Source: Alphaproteobacteria bacterium (GTDB lineage Bacteria; Pseudomonadota; Alphaproteobacteria; MPNO01; UBA830). From it: 64,000 bases of DNA. Positions 20,979 to 31,040 of this stretch are shown here, in pieces (position 1 is the first letter of the stretch; every line of letters starts with the position of its first letter). The stretch covers positions 5,824,001 to 5,888,000 of the forward strand of contig OZ251539.1 of NCBI GenBank assembly GCA_965243135.1, read 5' to 3'. The notes beneath the pieces are model-generated. The model saw only the letters and a program-made list of their open reading frames with translations, was not told the DNA's origin and did not search any database. A program made the position numbers and the translations under genes.

Positions 20979-21803
20979 ATGGCAAAACGAGAGGTAACCC
21001 GGTTCGCGCCGAGTCCCACGGGCCTCCTCCACCTCGGTCACGCGTTTTCCGCGCTGACCGCCTATCGCGCCCGCGGCCCCGCCGGCAGTTTTCTGCTGAG
21101 AATCGAAGACATCGATCCCGTCCGATGCCGGGAGGAGTTCGTGGAGGCGATCTTCGAGGATCTCGCGTGGCTGGGCCTCGGCTGGGAGACGCCGGTGCGG
21201 CGCCAGTCCGGGAGCATGGCGGATTACCGCCGCGCCCTGGACCGCCTCGACCGGCGGGGCTTGACCTATCCGTGCTTCTGCACGCGCTCCGAAATCAGGA
21301 AGGAGATCGAAAATTCCGGCCGCGCGCCGCACGGCCCCGACGGCCCGGTCTACCCCGGGACGTGCCGGAACGGGCCGCCGCCGGGAAGGGCGGGCGCGCC
21401 GCGCGTCACGCGCCTCGACGCCGCGCGCGCCTCCGCCGCCGCCGGGCCGTTGCGCCGGGAGGAGGTCGGGCGCGGCATGATCGCGGCGCGGCCCGAACGT
21501 TTCGGCGACGTCGTCCTCGCCCGCAAGGACGTGCCCACGAGTTATCATCTCTCGGTCACCGTCGACGATCATCTGCAGGGCGTCACCCTGGTGACCCGCG
21601 GCGAAGACTTGATGCTGCATACCGACGTTCACCGCCTGCTGCAGGGCGTGCTGGGCTACGAACCTCCCGCCTACCGCCATCACCGGCTGTTGACCGACGC
21701 GGCCGGACGGCGCCTTTCGAAACGCGACCGGGACGTGACGATTCGAAGCCTGCGGAAGGCGGGCCACGCGCCGGACCGGGTCGTCGCGATGGCGGGGTTC
21801 TGA
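20979..21803 (+). CDS. gluQ: Glutamyl-Q tRNA(Asp) synthetase
   Basis: RFAPSPTGLLHLGH, LRIEDID, YPCFCTR, LSKRD; lacks anticodon domain. Confidence 0.92.
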   Translation: MAKREVTRFAPSPTGLLHLGHAFSALTAYRARGPAGSFLLRIEDIDPVRCREEFVEAIFEDLAWLGLGWETPVRRQSGSMADYRRALDRLDRRGLTYPCFCTRSEIRKEIENSGRAPHGPDGPVYPGTCRNGPPPGRAGAPRVTRLDAARASAAAGPLRREEVGRGMIAARPERFGDVVLARKDVPTSYHLSVTVDDHLQGVTLVTRGEDLMLHTDVHRLLQGVLGYEPPAYRHHRLLTDAAGRRLSKRDRDVTIRSLRKAGHAPDRVVAMAGF

Positions 21804-21817
21804 GACCGCCGGCCGCG

Positions 21818-22663
21818 CTATCTCCGCAGGCCGAGCACGATCTCCTCGTAGTCCGGGTGCGTCGGCTGGAGCAGGCCGCGCCGGACGAAGAAATCGATGT
21901 TGACCAGGTTGCAGTTGAACTTGAACGCGAACCCGGAGTCGACGATCTCCATCACTTCGGTCGCGGGCAGGAGCCGGAATTCGGCGATCTCGCCGTCCGC
22001 GTTCTCCGGCGCGAAGTCCGGAGGAAGCTCGAGATCCCAGCAAAGCATCATGTCCGGCCGGAGGCCCGGCGCGTCTTCCATCGCATAGGACACGGCTCCG
22101 ACCGGAACGGCGCGCCGGGCGAGCTCCTCGGGGACGCCGGCCTCCTCGGCCGCTTCCTTGATCACGTTCTCCAATAGCCCCAGCCCGACCGGCTGGCCGC
22201 CCGCGACCATGTTGTCCAGCTGGCCCGGACAGACCGGCCGGTCGTCCGCCCGGACGCCGATCCACATCATCGTCTCGCCGCCGCGCCGGGTGAACCCGTT
22301 GACGTGGACGCCGTAGGCCCGGATGCCGAAAAACGGCGCCGCGGCGCGATCGATTTCAAGGGCGTGCGGACCGCCGAGGCCTCCGCCGACCGGATAGAGC
22401 TCGTCGCGCAGGGCGGGGATCGCGCCTTCTTCCGCGAGCGTCCGGACGACTGCGGCGACCGCGTCGGCGCGGACGGCGTATCCGTCGAGTTCCGGCGCCA
22501 GCGTCACGCCGGCGGAGGCGACGCGAAAGGTCTCGGGAAATCGGGCCAGCCGCTCCGCATTGTCCCGCCGGACGTATCCGACTCGCTCGCCGGCCGCGGC
22601 GAACGGCACGAATTTCGACATGTCGCGCGCGTTGCAGCGCGCGATGTGGTCCAGAAAGCTCAT
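21818..22663 (-). CDS. NUDIX hydrolase with DUF4743
   Basis: YGVHVNG, LDNMVAGG...KEAAEEAG Nudix box, FKFNC. Confidence 0.88.
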   Translation of the reverse strand: MSFLDHIARCNARDMSKFVPFAAAGERVGYVRRDNAERLARFPETFRVASAGVTLAPELDGYAVRADAVAAVVRTLAEEGAIPALRDELYPVGGGLGGPHALEIDRAAAPFFGIRAYGVHVNGFTRRGGETMMWIGVRADDRPVCPGQLDNMVAGGQPVGLGLLENVIKEAAEEAGVPEELARRAVPVGAVSYAMEDAPGLRPDMMLCWDLELPPDFAPENADGEIAEFRLLPATEVMEIVDSGFAFKFNCNLVNIDFFVRRGLLQPTHPDYEEIVLGLRR

Positions 22664-22762
22664 CGGCGGAGCCCGGCGGCGAACCGCCGTACGCGGCGAG
22701 ACGCGGCGCGTCCCGGAAACGCGGGCGTTGCCGATCCCGCTCCGCCGGTCCATATTGACGCC

Positions 22763-22960
22763 ATGTCGGGAGTCCTTCCGGTTCTGGTCGTCGCGGCCGT
22801 GCTCGCCACTTTCGGCGCTCTGGCCTGCGGCATCGTATCCATGGTCAGGGGCGGGCGCTACAACGCCCGCAACTCGAACCGGTTCATGCGCCTGCGCGTC
22901 GCCGTGCAATTCGCGGCGATCGTCCTGATCGGCCTCGCGTTTCTGTTCTCGTCCGAATAG
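22763..22960 (+). CDS. Twin transmembrane helix small protein (HIG1-like)
   Basis: Two TM helices, NSNRFMRLRVAVQ. Confidence 0.8.
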   Translation: MSGVLPVLVVAAVLATFGALACGIVSMVRGGRYNARNSNRFMRLRVAVQFAAIVLIGLAFLFSSE

Positions 22961-23089
22961 GGAAGCGGACGTCCCGCGGCGCGCGTCGGCCGGCGTCTTG
23001 ACACCGCGCGGGAGCGGATTAGGTTGCGGACGGGCCGGGGCCGCCGACGGAAACGCCGGCCGTTTTTTCGTCCGGGGAAGAGGCTGCCG

Positions 23090-23839
23090 ATGAAGATCCT
23101 CGTCGCCGTCAAGCGCGTCATCGATTACAACGTCAAGATTCGCGTCAAGGCGGACGGAAGCGGCGTCGAGACCGCGAACGTCAAGATGTCCATGAATCCT
23201 TTCGACGAAATCGCCGTCGAAGAGGCCGTGCGGCTGCGCGAAGCCGGCGTCGCGACCGAGGTGGTCGCCGTATCGATGGGCGTGCGGCAATGCCAGGAAA
23301 CCATACGCACCGCTCTGGCCATGGGAGCGGACCGGGGCGTTCACGTCGCCACCGACGCGGAACTGCAGCCGCTGGCCGTCGCCAAGTTGCTGGCGCGGAT
23401 CGTCGAAAACGAGGCGCCGGACGCGATTATCCTCGGCAAGCAGGCGATCGACGACGACTCCAACCAGACCGGCCAGATGCTGGCCGGATTGCTGGGCTGG
23501 TCCCAGGGCACGTTCGCGTCGCGTCTCGAACTGGCCGACGGACGGGCGGTCGTGACGCGCGAAGTCGACGGCGGCCTGGAGACCGTGTCGCTCGCGCTTC
23601 CCGCGATCGTGACCACGGATCTGCGTCTCAACGAACCGAGATACGCCTCCCTTCCCAACATCATGAAGGCCAAGAAGAAGCCGATCGAGGAGACGACTCC
23701 CGAAGCGCTCGGCGTCGATCCGGCGCCGCGGCTGACGACGATCGAGGTCTCCGAGCCGCAGAAGCGCGAAGGCGGCACGAAGGTCGAGAGCGTGGCGGAA
23801 CTGGTCGACAAGCTGAAAAACGAGGCGGGGGTAATCTGA
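23090..23839 (+). CDS. etfB: Electron transfer flavoprotein beta subunit
   Basis: [40 protein letters not shown]. Confidence 0.96.
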   Translation: MKILVAVKRVIDYNVKIRVKADGSGVETANVKMSMNPFDEIAVEEAVRLREAGVATEVVAVSMGVRQCQETIRTALAMGADRGVHVATDAELQPLAVAKLLARIVENEAPDAIILGKQAIDDDSNQTGQMLAGLLGWSQGTFASRLELADGRAVVTREVDGGLETVSLALPAIVTTDLRLNEPRYASLPNIMKAKKKPIEETTPEALGVDPAPRLTTIEVSEPQKREGGTKVESVAELVDKLKNEAGVI

Positions 23840-24789
23840 TGCCGGTCCTGGTCGTTGCCGATCACGACAATTCGGAACTCGTTCCGATCACCTTGAACGC
23901 GGTTCGGGCGGCGTCCGAGCTCTCCGGCGACGTGCACGTGCTCGTGGCGGGAAGCGGCTCCGGAGCCGCGGCGTCCGCGGCGTCCGCGATCGACGGCGTG
24001 ACGAAGGTTCTTCACGCCGAAGACGACGCCTACGGAAACCAGCTCGCCGAGGCGATGGCGCCGCTGGTGGTCCGGCTGGCCGCGGACTACACCCACGTCC
24101 TGTTTCCGTCGAACACGACCGGCAAGAACGTCGCGCCGAGGGTCGCCGCGCTGCTCGACGTGGCGCAGGTATCCGACGTGGTCGAAATCGTTTCCGACGA
24201 CACCTTCGTGCGTCCGATTTACGCCGGCAACGCGATGGCCACGGTCCGGTCCGCGGATCCGGTCAAGGTCGTCACGGTCCGCGGCACGGCCTTCGCGGCG
24301 GCCGGCGAGGGCGGCGCCGCGCCGGTCGAAAAGATCGACGCCGCCGCCGACCCGGGCCTGTCCAGTTTCGTCGGACGCGAGTTGACCAGATCGGAGCGTC
24401 CCGAGTTGACCTCCGCGCGCGTGATCGTTTCCGGGGGGCGCGGAATGCAGTCGGGAGAGAATTTCGCGCTGATCGAGAAGGTGGCCGACCGCCTCGGCGC
24501 CGCGGTGGGGGCGTCGCGCGCGGCCGTCGACGCCGGTTTCAAGCCCAACGACTACCAGGTCGGACAGACCGGCAAGGTCGTGGCGCCCGAGCTCTACGTC
24601 GCGGTGGGCATTTCCGGCGCGATCCAGCATCTGGCCGGCATGAAGGATTCCAAGGTGATCGTCGCCATCAACAAGGACGAGGAGGCGCCGATCTTTTCCG
24701 TGTCCGATTACGGGATCGTCGGCGACCTGTTCAAGCTGCTGCCCGCGCTCGACGAGGAGCTGGAGAAGCAGGGCGTTACGCCGCGCTGA
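23839..24789 (+). CDS. etfA: Electron transfer flavoprotein alpha subunit
   Basis: [35 protein letters not shown]. Confidence 0.96.
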   Translation: MPVLVVADHDNSELVPITLNAVRAASELSGDVHVLVAGSGSGAAASAASAIDGVTKVLHAEDDAYGNQLAEAMAPLVVRLAADYTHVLFPSNTTGKNVAPRVAALLDVAQVSDVVEIVSDDTFVRPIYAGNAMATVRSADPVKVVTVRGTAFAAAGEGGAAPVEKIDAAADPGLSSFVGRELTRSERPELTSARVIVSGGRGMQSGENFALIEKVADRLGAAVGASRAAVDAGFKPNDYQVGQTGKVVAPELYVAVGISGAIQHLAGMKDSKVIVAINKDEEAPIFSVSDYGIVGDLFKLLPALDEELEKQGVTPR

Positions 24790-24851
24790 GCTTTTCCGCC
24801 GGCCGCGAAACCGTTCCCGGCGGCGCGCGGCGCGTTTTCAGGAGAGACGGA

Positions 24852-25766
24852 ATGACCGATGTGAAGGATCCCGGCGCGACGCCGGAGGCGATGAGCGTCA
24901 AGACGATCGGCGTGATCGGCGCGGGCCAGATGGGCTCGGGAATCGCCCACGTGGCGGCGACGACCGGCATAGACGTCGTCATGACCGACGTCGGGCGGGA
25001 ACAGCTCGACCGGGCTCTCGCCGGCATAGAGAAGAACATGGATCGTCAGGTGCGGCGCGAGCGCATGACGGCGGACGGCAAACGGTCGGCCCTCGAGCGG
25101 ATCCGCTGCTCGACCTCCCTGGCCGATCTTTCCGGATGCGACGTCGTCGTCGAAGCCGCGACGGAGGACGAAGGGGTGAAGCGGGCCATATACAAGGCGA
25201 TGCTGCCCAACCTGCGGAGCGACGCGATCATCGCTACGAACACCTCGTCGATTTCGATTACGCGCCTGGGCGCGACGACGGATCGCCCCGAAAAATTCAT
25301 GGGCATGCATTTCATGAATCCGGTGCCGGTCATGCAGCTCGTCGAGCTGATTCCCGGCATCGCCACGGACAAGCAAACGCACAAGGTCGTCGAAGGGCTT
25401 ACCTACCGCCTCGGCAAGACGCCGGTGATCTCCGAAGACTTTCCCGCGTTCATGGTCAACCGCATCCTGCTTCCGATGATCAACGAGGCGGTCTACACCC
25501 TGCACGAGGGGGTCGGCTCGGTCGCCGACATCGACACCGCGATGCGGCTCGGCGCCAACCACCCCATGGGGCCCCTCCAGCTGGCGGATTTCATCGGCCT
25601 CGACACCTGCCTGGCCGTGATGCACGTGCTCTACGAGGGGCTTTCCGACAGCAAGTACCGGCCCTGTCCGCTCCTGGTGAAGTACGTGGAGGCCGGATGG
25701 CTCGGACGCAAGACCGGCAAGGGTTTCTACGATTATTCCGGCGACAGCCCGGTTCCGACGCGATAG
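24852..25766 (+). CDS. hbd: 3-hydroxybutyryl-CoA dehydrogenase
   Basis: [32 protein letters not shown]. Confidence 0.93.
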   Translation: MTDVKDPGATPEAMSVKTIGVIGAGQMGSGIAHVAATTGIDVVMTDVGREQLDRALAGIEKNMDRQVRRERMTADGKRSALERIRCSTSLADLSGCDVVVEAATEDEGVKRAIYKAMLPNLRSDAIIATNTSSISITRLGATTDRPEKFMGMHFMNPVPVMQLVELIPGIATDKQTHKVVEGLTYRLGKTPVISEDFPAFMVNRILLPMINEAVYTLHEGVGSVADIDTAMRLGANHPMGPLQLADFIGLDTCLAVMHVLYEGLSDSKYRPCPLLVKYVEAGWLGRKTGKGFYDYSGDSPVPTR

Positions 25767-25788
25767 GGCTTCCCGGGACCGCCGCCCG

Positions 25789-26664
25789 GTGACCCCGCCG
25801 GTTCCGCATTATTCCGGCGTCGCGGGGATCGCGGATCTTTACGACGGCTTCGTGCTCGACGTCTGGGGCGTCCTGCACGACGGCGTGACGCTCTTCCCCG
25901 GGGTCGTGGAAGCTCTCGACCGCCTCCGGGACGCCGGCAAGCGGGTCGTCATGCTGACCAACGCGCCGCGGCGGAGCGCGGCGGTCGCCGGGACCATGAT
26001 GGCCATGGGCATGCCGGAGGCCCATTGCGCCCGCCTTCTTTCGTCCGGCGAGGCGGCCTTCGCCGATCTCGACGAGCGGCGGGGTTCGTTCTACGACGGT
26101 TTGGGGAATCGCTTCATCCATATAGGCCCGGACCGCGACCGCGGCCTGTTCGACCGCCTCGACTGGGAGGAAACGGGCAGCCTGGAAGGCGTCGACCTGA
26201 TCGTGAACACCGGACCCTGGGAGGACGGAGAGACCGTCGCGGATTACGAGTCGCTGCTTGCGGACGGGGCGTCCTCGCGGGTGCCCATGATCTGCGCCAA
26301 CCCGGATCTGGAGGTCGTGCGCGGCGGCCGCCGGATCGCGTGCGCGGGCGCTCTCGCGCAGCGGTACGAGGAGCTCGGCGGAAAGGTGCGCTATCTCGGC
26401 AAGCCCGCCGCGGAAATCTACGAATACTGTTTCCGGTCTCTGGACGGCCTCGACAAGTCCCGAATCGCGGCGATCGGCGACTCCTTCCGGACCGATCTCG
26501 TCGGCGCGCGAAACGCCGGAATCGACCCGGTTCTGGCGGTCGGGGGGATTCATGCGGCCGAGCTGACCGGACCGGGCGACGCTCCCGATCCGGAGAGGCT
26601 CGCGTCGCTCGCGGAGGAATGGGGCGTGCTGCCGACGGCGTCCATCCCTGCCTTTCGATGGTAG
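25789..26664 (+). CDS. HAD-IIA hydrolase (TIGR01459-like)
   Basis: LDVWGVLHDG, CANPD, GKP, IGDSFRTD. Confidence 0.88.
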   Translation: MTPPVPHYSGVAGIADLYDGFVLDVWGVLHDGVTLFPGVVEALDRLRDAGKRVVMLTNAPRRSAAVAGTMMAMGMPEAHCARLLSSGEAAFADLDERRGSFYDGLGNRFIHIGPDRDRGLFDRLDWEETGSLEGVDLIVNTGPWEDGETVADYESLLADGASSRVPMICANPDLEVVRGGRRIACAGALAQRYEELGGKVRYLGKPAAEIYEYCFRSLDGLDKSRIAAIGDSFRTDLVGARNAGIDPVLAVGGIHAAELTGPGDAPDPERLASLAEEWGVLPTASIPAFRW

Positions 26665-26774
26665 GCGTCCCGAAAAAACCGCGCGCCGCGCGCCGATCCT
26701 GTTGAAAATGCGGCCGTTGCCGCGTGCCGCAGGCGGGCTGCCGGACGTCCGCGTCCAGTGAAGGCGAGGCGGTC

Positions 26775-27938
26775 GTGTACCCGCTCATACTGACCGTCTT
26801 CGTCGACCTGATCGGCTTCGGCATCGTGCTGCCGTTGCTGCCGCTGTACGCGCAGGCTTTCGGCGCGTCGCCCGAGACGGTGACGCTGGTCGCCGCGAGC
26901 TTCACGCTGGCGCAGTCGCTGTTCGGCCCGTTCTGGGGCTGGCTGAGCGACCGCGTCGGCCGTAAGCCCGTGCTGATGATCACCATATTCGGCACGTTCT
27001 GCGCGTATCTTCTGCTGGCGTTCGCAAGCACGCTATGGATGCTGTTCGCCGTGCGGTTTCTCGGCGGCGCCATGGCCGCGAACATGGGCGTCGCGCAGGC
27101 GCTCGTGACGGACATGACGCGCCCGGAGGAACGCACCCGCGGCATCGCCCGGTTGAGCGGGGCCGCCGGGTTGGGATTCGTCGCCGGCCCGGCGATCGGC
27201 GGCCTGCTTGCAGGGTCCGAAGATCCGGATTTCGCGGCGCCTTATCTGGCCGCGGCCGCGTTCTCCGCCGCCGCGTTTCTGCTGGTGGCGCTTCTGGTGC
27301 GGGAGACGGTCACGCCGGAGCAAAAAACGCAGGCGCGGATCGGCGGCGGCTCGTGGCTCCGCCCCGTTCGTCACCGGCAGACCCGGCTTGTCCTGTCCCT
27401 CCTGTTCATGACGCCGTTCGTCTTCGCCGGAATCGAGGTGATCGTCGTTCTCTGGTCGGAACGCGCCTGGAACTGGGGGCCGTGGCAGAACGGTTATTTT
27501 TACGCATGGATGGGGTTATGCCACGTAACCTTCCAGTGGTTCGCGATCGGCCCTCTGGCGCGCCGGTTCGGCGAGCGGGCGATGGTGACGGCGGGGGCTT
27601 TCTGCCTCGGCGCCGGGGTTCTTTGGATGCCGCTGGCGCAGAGCGTTCCCGAGCTCTACGCGGCGGCCTTTCTGATGATTCTGGGCGTGTCCATGAACGC
27701 GGCGTCCCTGAACGCCTTGCTGTCGCAATATGCGGATCCGGAGAATCGCGGCCGGCTGCTGGGCTTGGGCCAGATGTCGGCCGGCGCCGGGCGCATCGCC
27801 GGCCCGGTGCTGGCCGGGGTCGTTTTCGCCAATCTGGGAATCAGCTGGCCGTTTTTCGCAGGCGCGATGGTCATGGTTGCGATGGCTGCGCTCAGCCGCA
27901 GGATTTCGAGTCGGCGGATCGGGCAGGCCCCGCCGTGA
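26775..27938 (+). CDS. MFS transporter (TetA/DHA1-like)
   Basis: DLIGFGIVLPLLP, GWLSDRVGRKP motif A, GPAIGG. Confidence 0.88.
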   Translation: MYPLILTVFVDLIGFGIVLPLLPLYAQAFGASPETVTLVAASFTLAQSLFGPFWGWLSDRVGRKPVLMITIFGTFCAYLLLAFASTLWMLFAVRFLGGAMAANMGVAQALVTDMTRPEERTRGIARLSGAAGLGFVAGPAIGGLLAGSEDPDFAAPYLAAAAFSAAAFLLVALLVRETVTPEQKTQARIGGGSWLRPVRHRQTRLVLSLLFMTPFVFAGIEVIVVLWSERAWNWGPWQNGYFYAWMGLCHVTFQWFAIGPLARRFGERAMVTAGAFCLGAGVLWMPLAQSVPELYAAAFLMILGVSMNAASLNALLSQYADPENRGRLLGLGQMSAGAGRIAGPVLAGVVFANLGISWPFFAGAMVMVAMAALSRRISSRRIGQAPP

Positions 27939-28430
27939 CCCCGTGCGGGAATTGCCGGGAGGAGGTCGGCTCGAGCTTGGAACCAGCTTTCCCGCAACCG
28001 TTGCGCATCGGGACAGCTCCGCACGCTCCACGACGGTTTTCAGGAGGAAGCGGAGCGCAGACATCGTCTGAGCGCGGTGTTTCGTGGCGGTTCGCTTTCT
28101 TGGACTGCGATATCGAGTTCTTCGCTATCGGAGGATGGCGGCTTGCAGGATCGTTTCGACAACCGAACGCGTCGCGACGGCGTTCCGCTGGCGCGGACGC
28201 TGAGGCCGCGTCTTCGACAAGGAAATCCCACCCGGCGTTGGACATGCGCAGGTCGCCCTGCGCTCCGGCTTCGCGCGACGGGGCGCTCGACCTTTCCGCA
28301 AGAGAGCGGGCGCTCAAGACAGTGAACGGCAGGGAGGAGCTCCTGTACCCGCTACCGGGGCTGGATGCATCGAAGATTGCAAGATCGCGCCGGGCAGCGA
28401 CGTTCCACTTTGAACCCCCTGTCGGAGGAA

Positions 28431-28449
28431 ATATAATAGACTATGATAT
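28431..28449. promoter_or_regulatory. Putative mazEF autoregulatory operator
   Basis: ATATAATAG-A-CTATGATAT imperfect palindrome just upstream of mazE. Confidence 0.5.
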
Positions 28450-28472
28450 AAGTATGGGCGGAGGGTATTCTT

Positions 28473-28706
28473 ATGAATCTTCATATCTGCAAATGGGGCG
28501 GCAGCTTGGCCGTTCGCATTCCCAAGGCTGTGGCCGAACAATGCGGGGTTTCGGAAGGTTCCGCTGTAGCGATAGACGTGCAAGGCGGCCGGATAGTGAT
28601 GCGGAAACGGACCTACGATCTAGCGGACATGCTGACTCAAGTTACGGCGGACAATGCTCATCCTGAGCAGGACATCGGCGATGCTCAAGGTAACGAGCAA
28701 TGGTAA
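28473..28706 (+). CDS. mazE: AbrB/MazE antitoxin
   Basis: KWGGSLAVRIPK, YDLADML, GNEQW. Confidence 0.88.
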   Translation: MNLHICKWGGSLAVRIPKAVAEQCGVSEGSAVAIDVQGGRIVMRKRTYDLADMLTQVTADNAHPEQDIGDAQGNEQW

Positions 28707-29048
28707 CTGCGGAGTACGTCCCCGACAGGGGACACATGGCTCGAGTTCTCTCCTCAAGCCGGGCATGAGCAGGCTGGGCACCGTCCTGCCCTAGTTTTGA
28801 GTCCGCGAAACTACAACGAAAAGACAAGCTTGGCGCTGTTTTGCCCCATAACGTCCAAGGTAAAGGGCTATCCTTTCGAGGTCTTGCTTCCTTCTTCGAG
28901 CGCTGTCACGGGTGTCGCCCTTGCGGACCAGATCAGGAGTCTGGATTGGCGGGCGCGCCGCGCTCGGTTCGGTGTTCAGGCACCGCCGGGAGCGGTATCC
29001 GAAGTTCGGGATAAGCTGGCCGCTCTCTTGCTATACGACCTCCCCTGA
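28700..29048 (+). pseudogene. mazF: MazF endoribonuclease toxin, frameshifted
   Basis: MVTAEYVPDRG, then a frame change to WLEFSPQAGHEQAGHRPALVLSP...CPITSKVKGYPFEV; 349 nt is not a multiple of 3. Confidence 0.85.
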
Positions 29049-29703
29049 CTGCGTTTCGGCCTGGTCGGAAGAAACCGTTGAAGCGCTGGGAATTCTAAGC
29101 GAGTTTGTTGCGTGCCTAACCCTGAACTACGGATGGCGGCACGCCGATGTTCTGGCCGACCGGGGTCTTGCGGTTTCGTAGTCGGGTGCAGTCTTCCGCC
29201 AGCGGCTCGGCACGCGCAGACGCCGGAACTCGTGGGGCAGGACCAGGCCCGCCAGACCGAAGACGCGAGCCTGCTGCACGGCGACATCCGTTTTCCGGTA
29301 CTTGGCGCTGCGCGCAGGTCGACGCGGATGCGGCCGTCGCAGGGTTGGAAAGCGACGGCGTGGACAGTCCGGCAACTACGCGCCCCGCGGTTTCCGGTTC
29401 GTCGTCCGGCGGCATGCCCGCTAACCGATGGAGCTGTTTCCTGATGGTCGCGCCCTCAAGGACTTGAGGTTGCAGATACGGCTTCTGCCAACCGTTACGG
29501 CATCTTTTTCGGAGTCTCCAGCCTCGGCGCTCGAAAATCCTTGGAAATCCGCAAATCGCAGGGAGGCGTGCCGCGATTTCGAGCGCGATGCCTTGCGTAT
29601 CCGCGAACCGTCGTGGAAACGATGCGTCGCCTCGGCGAAAACTCCGTTTTGCCTGCCCGCTCGTCTTGGGCTACAACGGGTCCGTCACTTGCTGGGGAGA
29701 GCG

Positions 29704-30564
29704 ATGAAATACCAGGCGCCGGCTTCTCTGGACGACGCGGTCGCCCTTGTCGCGGATGGAAGCGGTGTCGTGCGCGTGCTCGCGGGCGGCACCGACGTTC
29801 TCGTCCAGATGCATTCCGACCTCGTCGAGCCCGACCTTCTGGTCGATATCAAGAACGTCGCGGAGTTGCGCGAAATCTCCCTTGACGGCGGACGCTGGCG
29901 CTTCGGCGCGGCGGCGACCGGCAAGGAACTCATGGATCACGCGGCGTTCAATGCGGCCTGGCCCGGGATCATGGACGGCGTCGGCCTCATCGGCTCCCTG
30001 CAGATAAGGGGCCGGGCGACCGTGGGCGGCAATCTGTGCAACGCCTCGCCCGCCGCCGACGGCGTGCCGCCGCTCATCGCCGCGCGGGCGACGGCCGTAA
30101 TCGCGGGCCCCGCCGGCCGGCGGCGCGTCCCGGTCGAGGAGGTGGCGACCGGACCGGGCGAAACGTCCCTCGCTCCGGGCGAGATCGTCGTCTGCTTCGA
30201 ACTGCCCGAACGCCCGCCCAATTCCGGCGACGCCTATCTGCGCTTCACCCCGCGCACCGAAATGGACATCGCCGTCGTCGGCGCGGCGGTGAACCTGACT
30301 CTCGACGGCGGCGGCGTCTGCACGGACGCGCGGGTGGCGCTCGGCGCCGTCGCGCCGCGGGCGCTGGTGGTCGAAGACGCCGCCGCGGCGTTGATCGGCA
30401 CGCGGGTCGACGAGGCGGCGATGGAGAATCTGGCGGCCGCCGCGAGCGCCGCCTGCGACCCCATCGACGACAAGCGTGGAACCATCGAATACCGGACGGA
30501 AGTGGCGGGCGTCCTTGCCCGCCGCGCCGCCGCGCGCGCGCTGGAAAGGGCGAATTCGCGATGA
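29704..30564 (+). CDS. Xanthine dehydrogenase family FAD-binding subunit
   Basis: LAGGTDV, ATVGGNLCNASPAAD. Confidence 0.9.
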   Translation: MKYQAPASLDDAVALVADGSGVVRVLAGGTDVLVQMHSDLVEPDLLVDIKNVAELREISLDGGRWRFGAAATGKELMDHAAFNAAWPGIMDGVGLIGSLQIRGRATVGGNLCNASPAADGVPPLIAARATAVIAGPAGRRRVPVEEVATGPGETSLAPGEIVVCFELPERPPNSGDAYLRFTPRTEMDIAVVGAAVNLTLDGGGVCTDARVALGAVAPRALVVEDAAAALIGTRVDEAAMENLAAAASAACDPIDDKRGTIEYRTEVAGVLARRAAARALERANSR

Positions 30565-31037
30565 CGAAGCATCACGTTACCACCACCGTCAACGGCGACG
30601 GCGCGGAGTTTCTCTGCGACGCCACCCAGACCCTGCTGGACGTGCTGCGCGACGAACTGGATCTCACGGGAACCAAGGAAGGGTGCGGCACCGGCGATTG
30701 CGGCGCCTGCACCGTCGTCGTGGACGGCGTCATGGTCTGCTCCTGCCTGGTGCTCGGGGTCGAGGCGGACGGAAAGTCGATCGAGACCATCGAAGGGATG
30801 GCCGAAGGCGAGGAGCTTCATCCGCTGCAGCGGAAGTTCATCGAACGTGTCGCGCTGCAATGCGGAATCTGCACTCCGGGATTGCTGGTGGCGTCGAAGG
30901 CGCTTCTCGACGAGAATCCGGATCCGACCGAGGAAGAAATTCGCTATTGGCTCGCCGGCAACCTGTGCAGGTGCACCGGTTATCACAAGGTCGTCGAGGC
31001 GGTGCAGGACGCCGCCGCAGAATTGCGAGGGAGCTGA
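30561..31037 (+). CDS. Xanthine dehydrogenase family 2Fe-2S subunit
   Basis: GCGTGDCGACTV, QCGICTPG, NLCRCTGY. Confidence 0.92.
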   Translation: MTKHHVTTTVNGDGAEFLCDATQTLLDVLRDELDLTGTKEGCGTGDCGACTVVVDGVMVCSCLVLGVEADGKSIETIEGMAEGEELHPLQRKFIERVALQCGICTPGLLVASKALLDENPDPTEEEIRYWLAGNLCRCTGYHKVVEAVQDAAAELRGS

Positions 31038-31040
31038 GTC

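Noticed and set aside
18954-22265. Very long ORFs in the track (e.g. 18954-22265, 30476-34360, 56472-60206, 12644-14962)
   Set aside because: High-GC shadow extensions; only the C-terminal portions are real genes (HNH, 2OG dioxygenase, TypA, DsbB)
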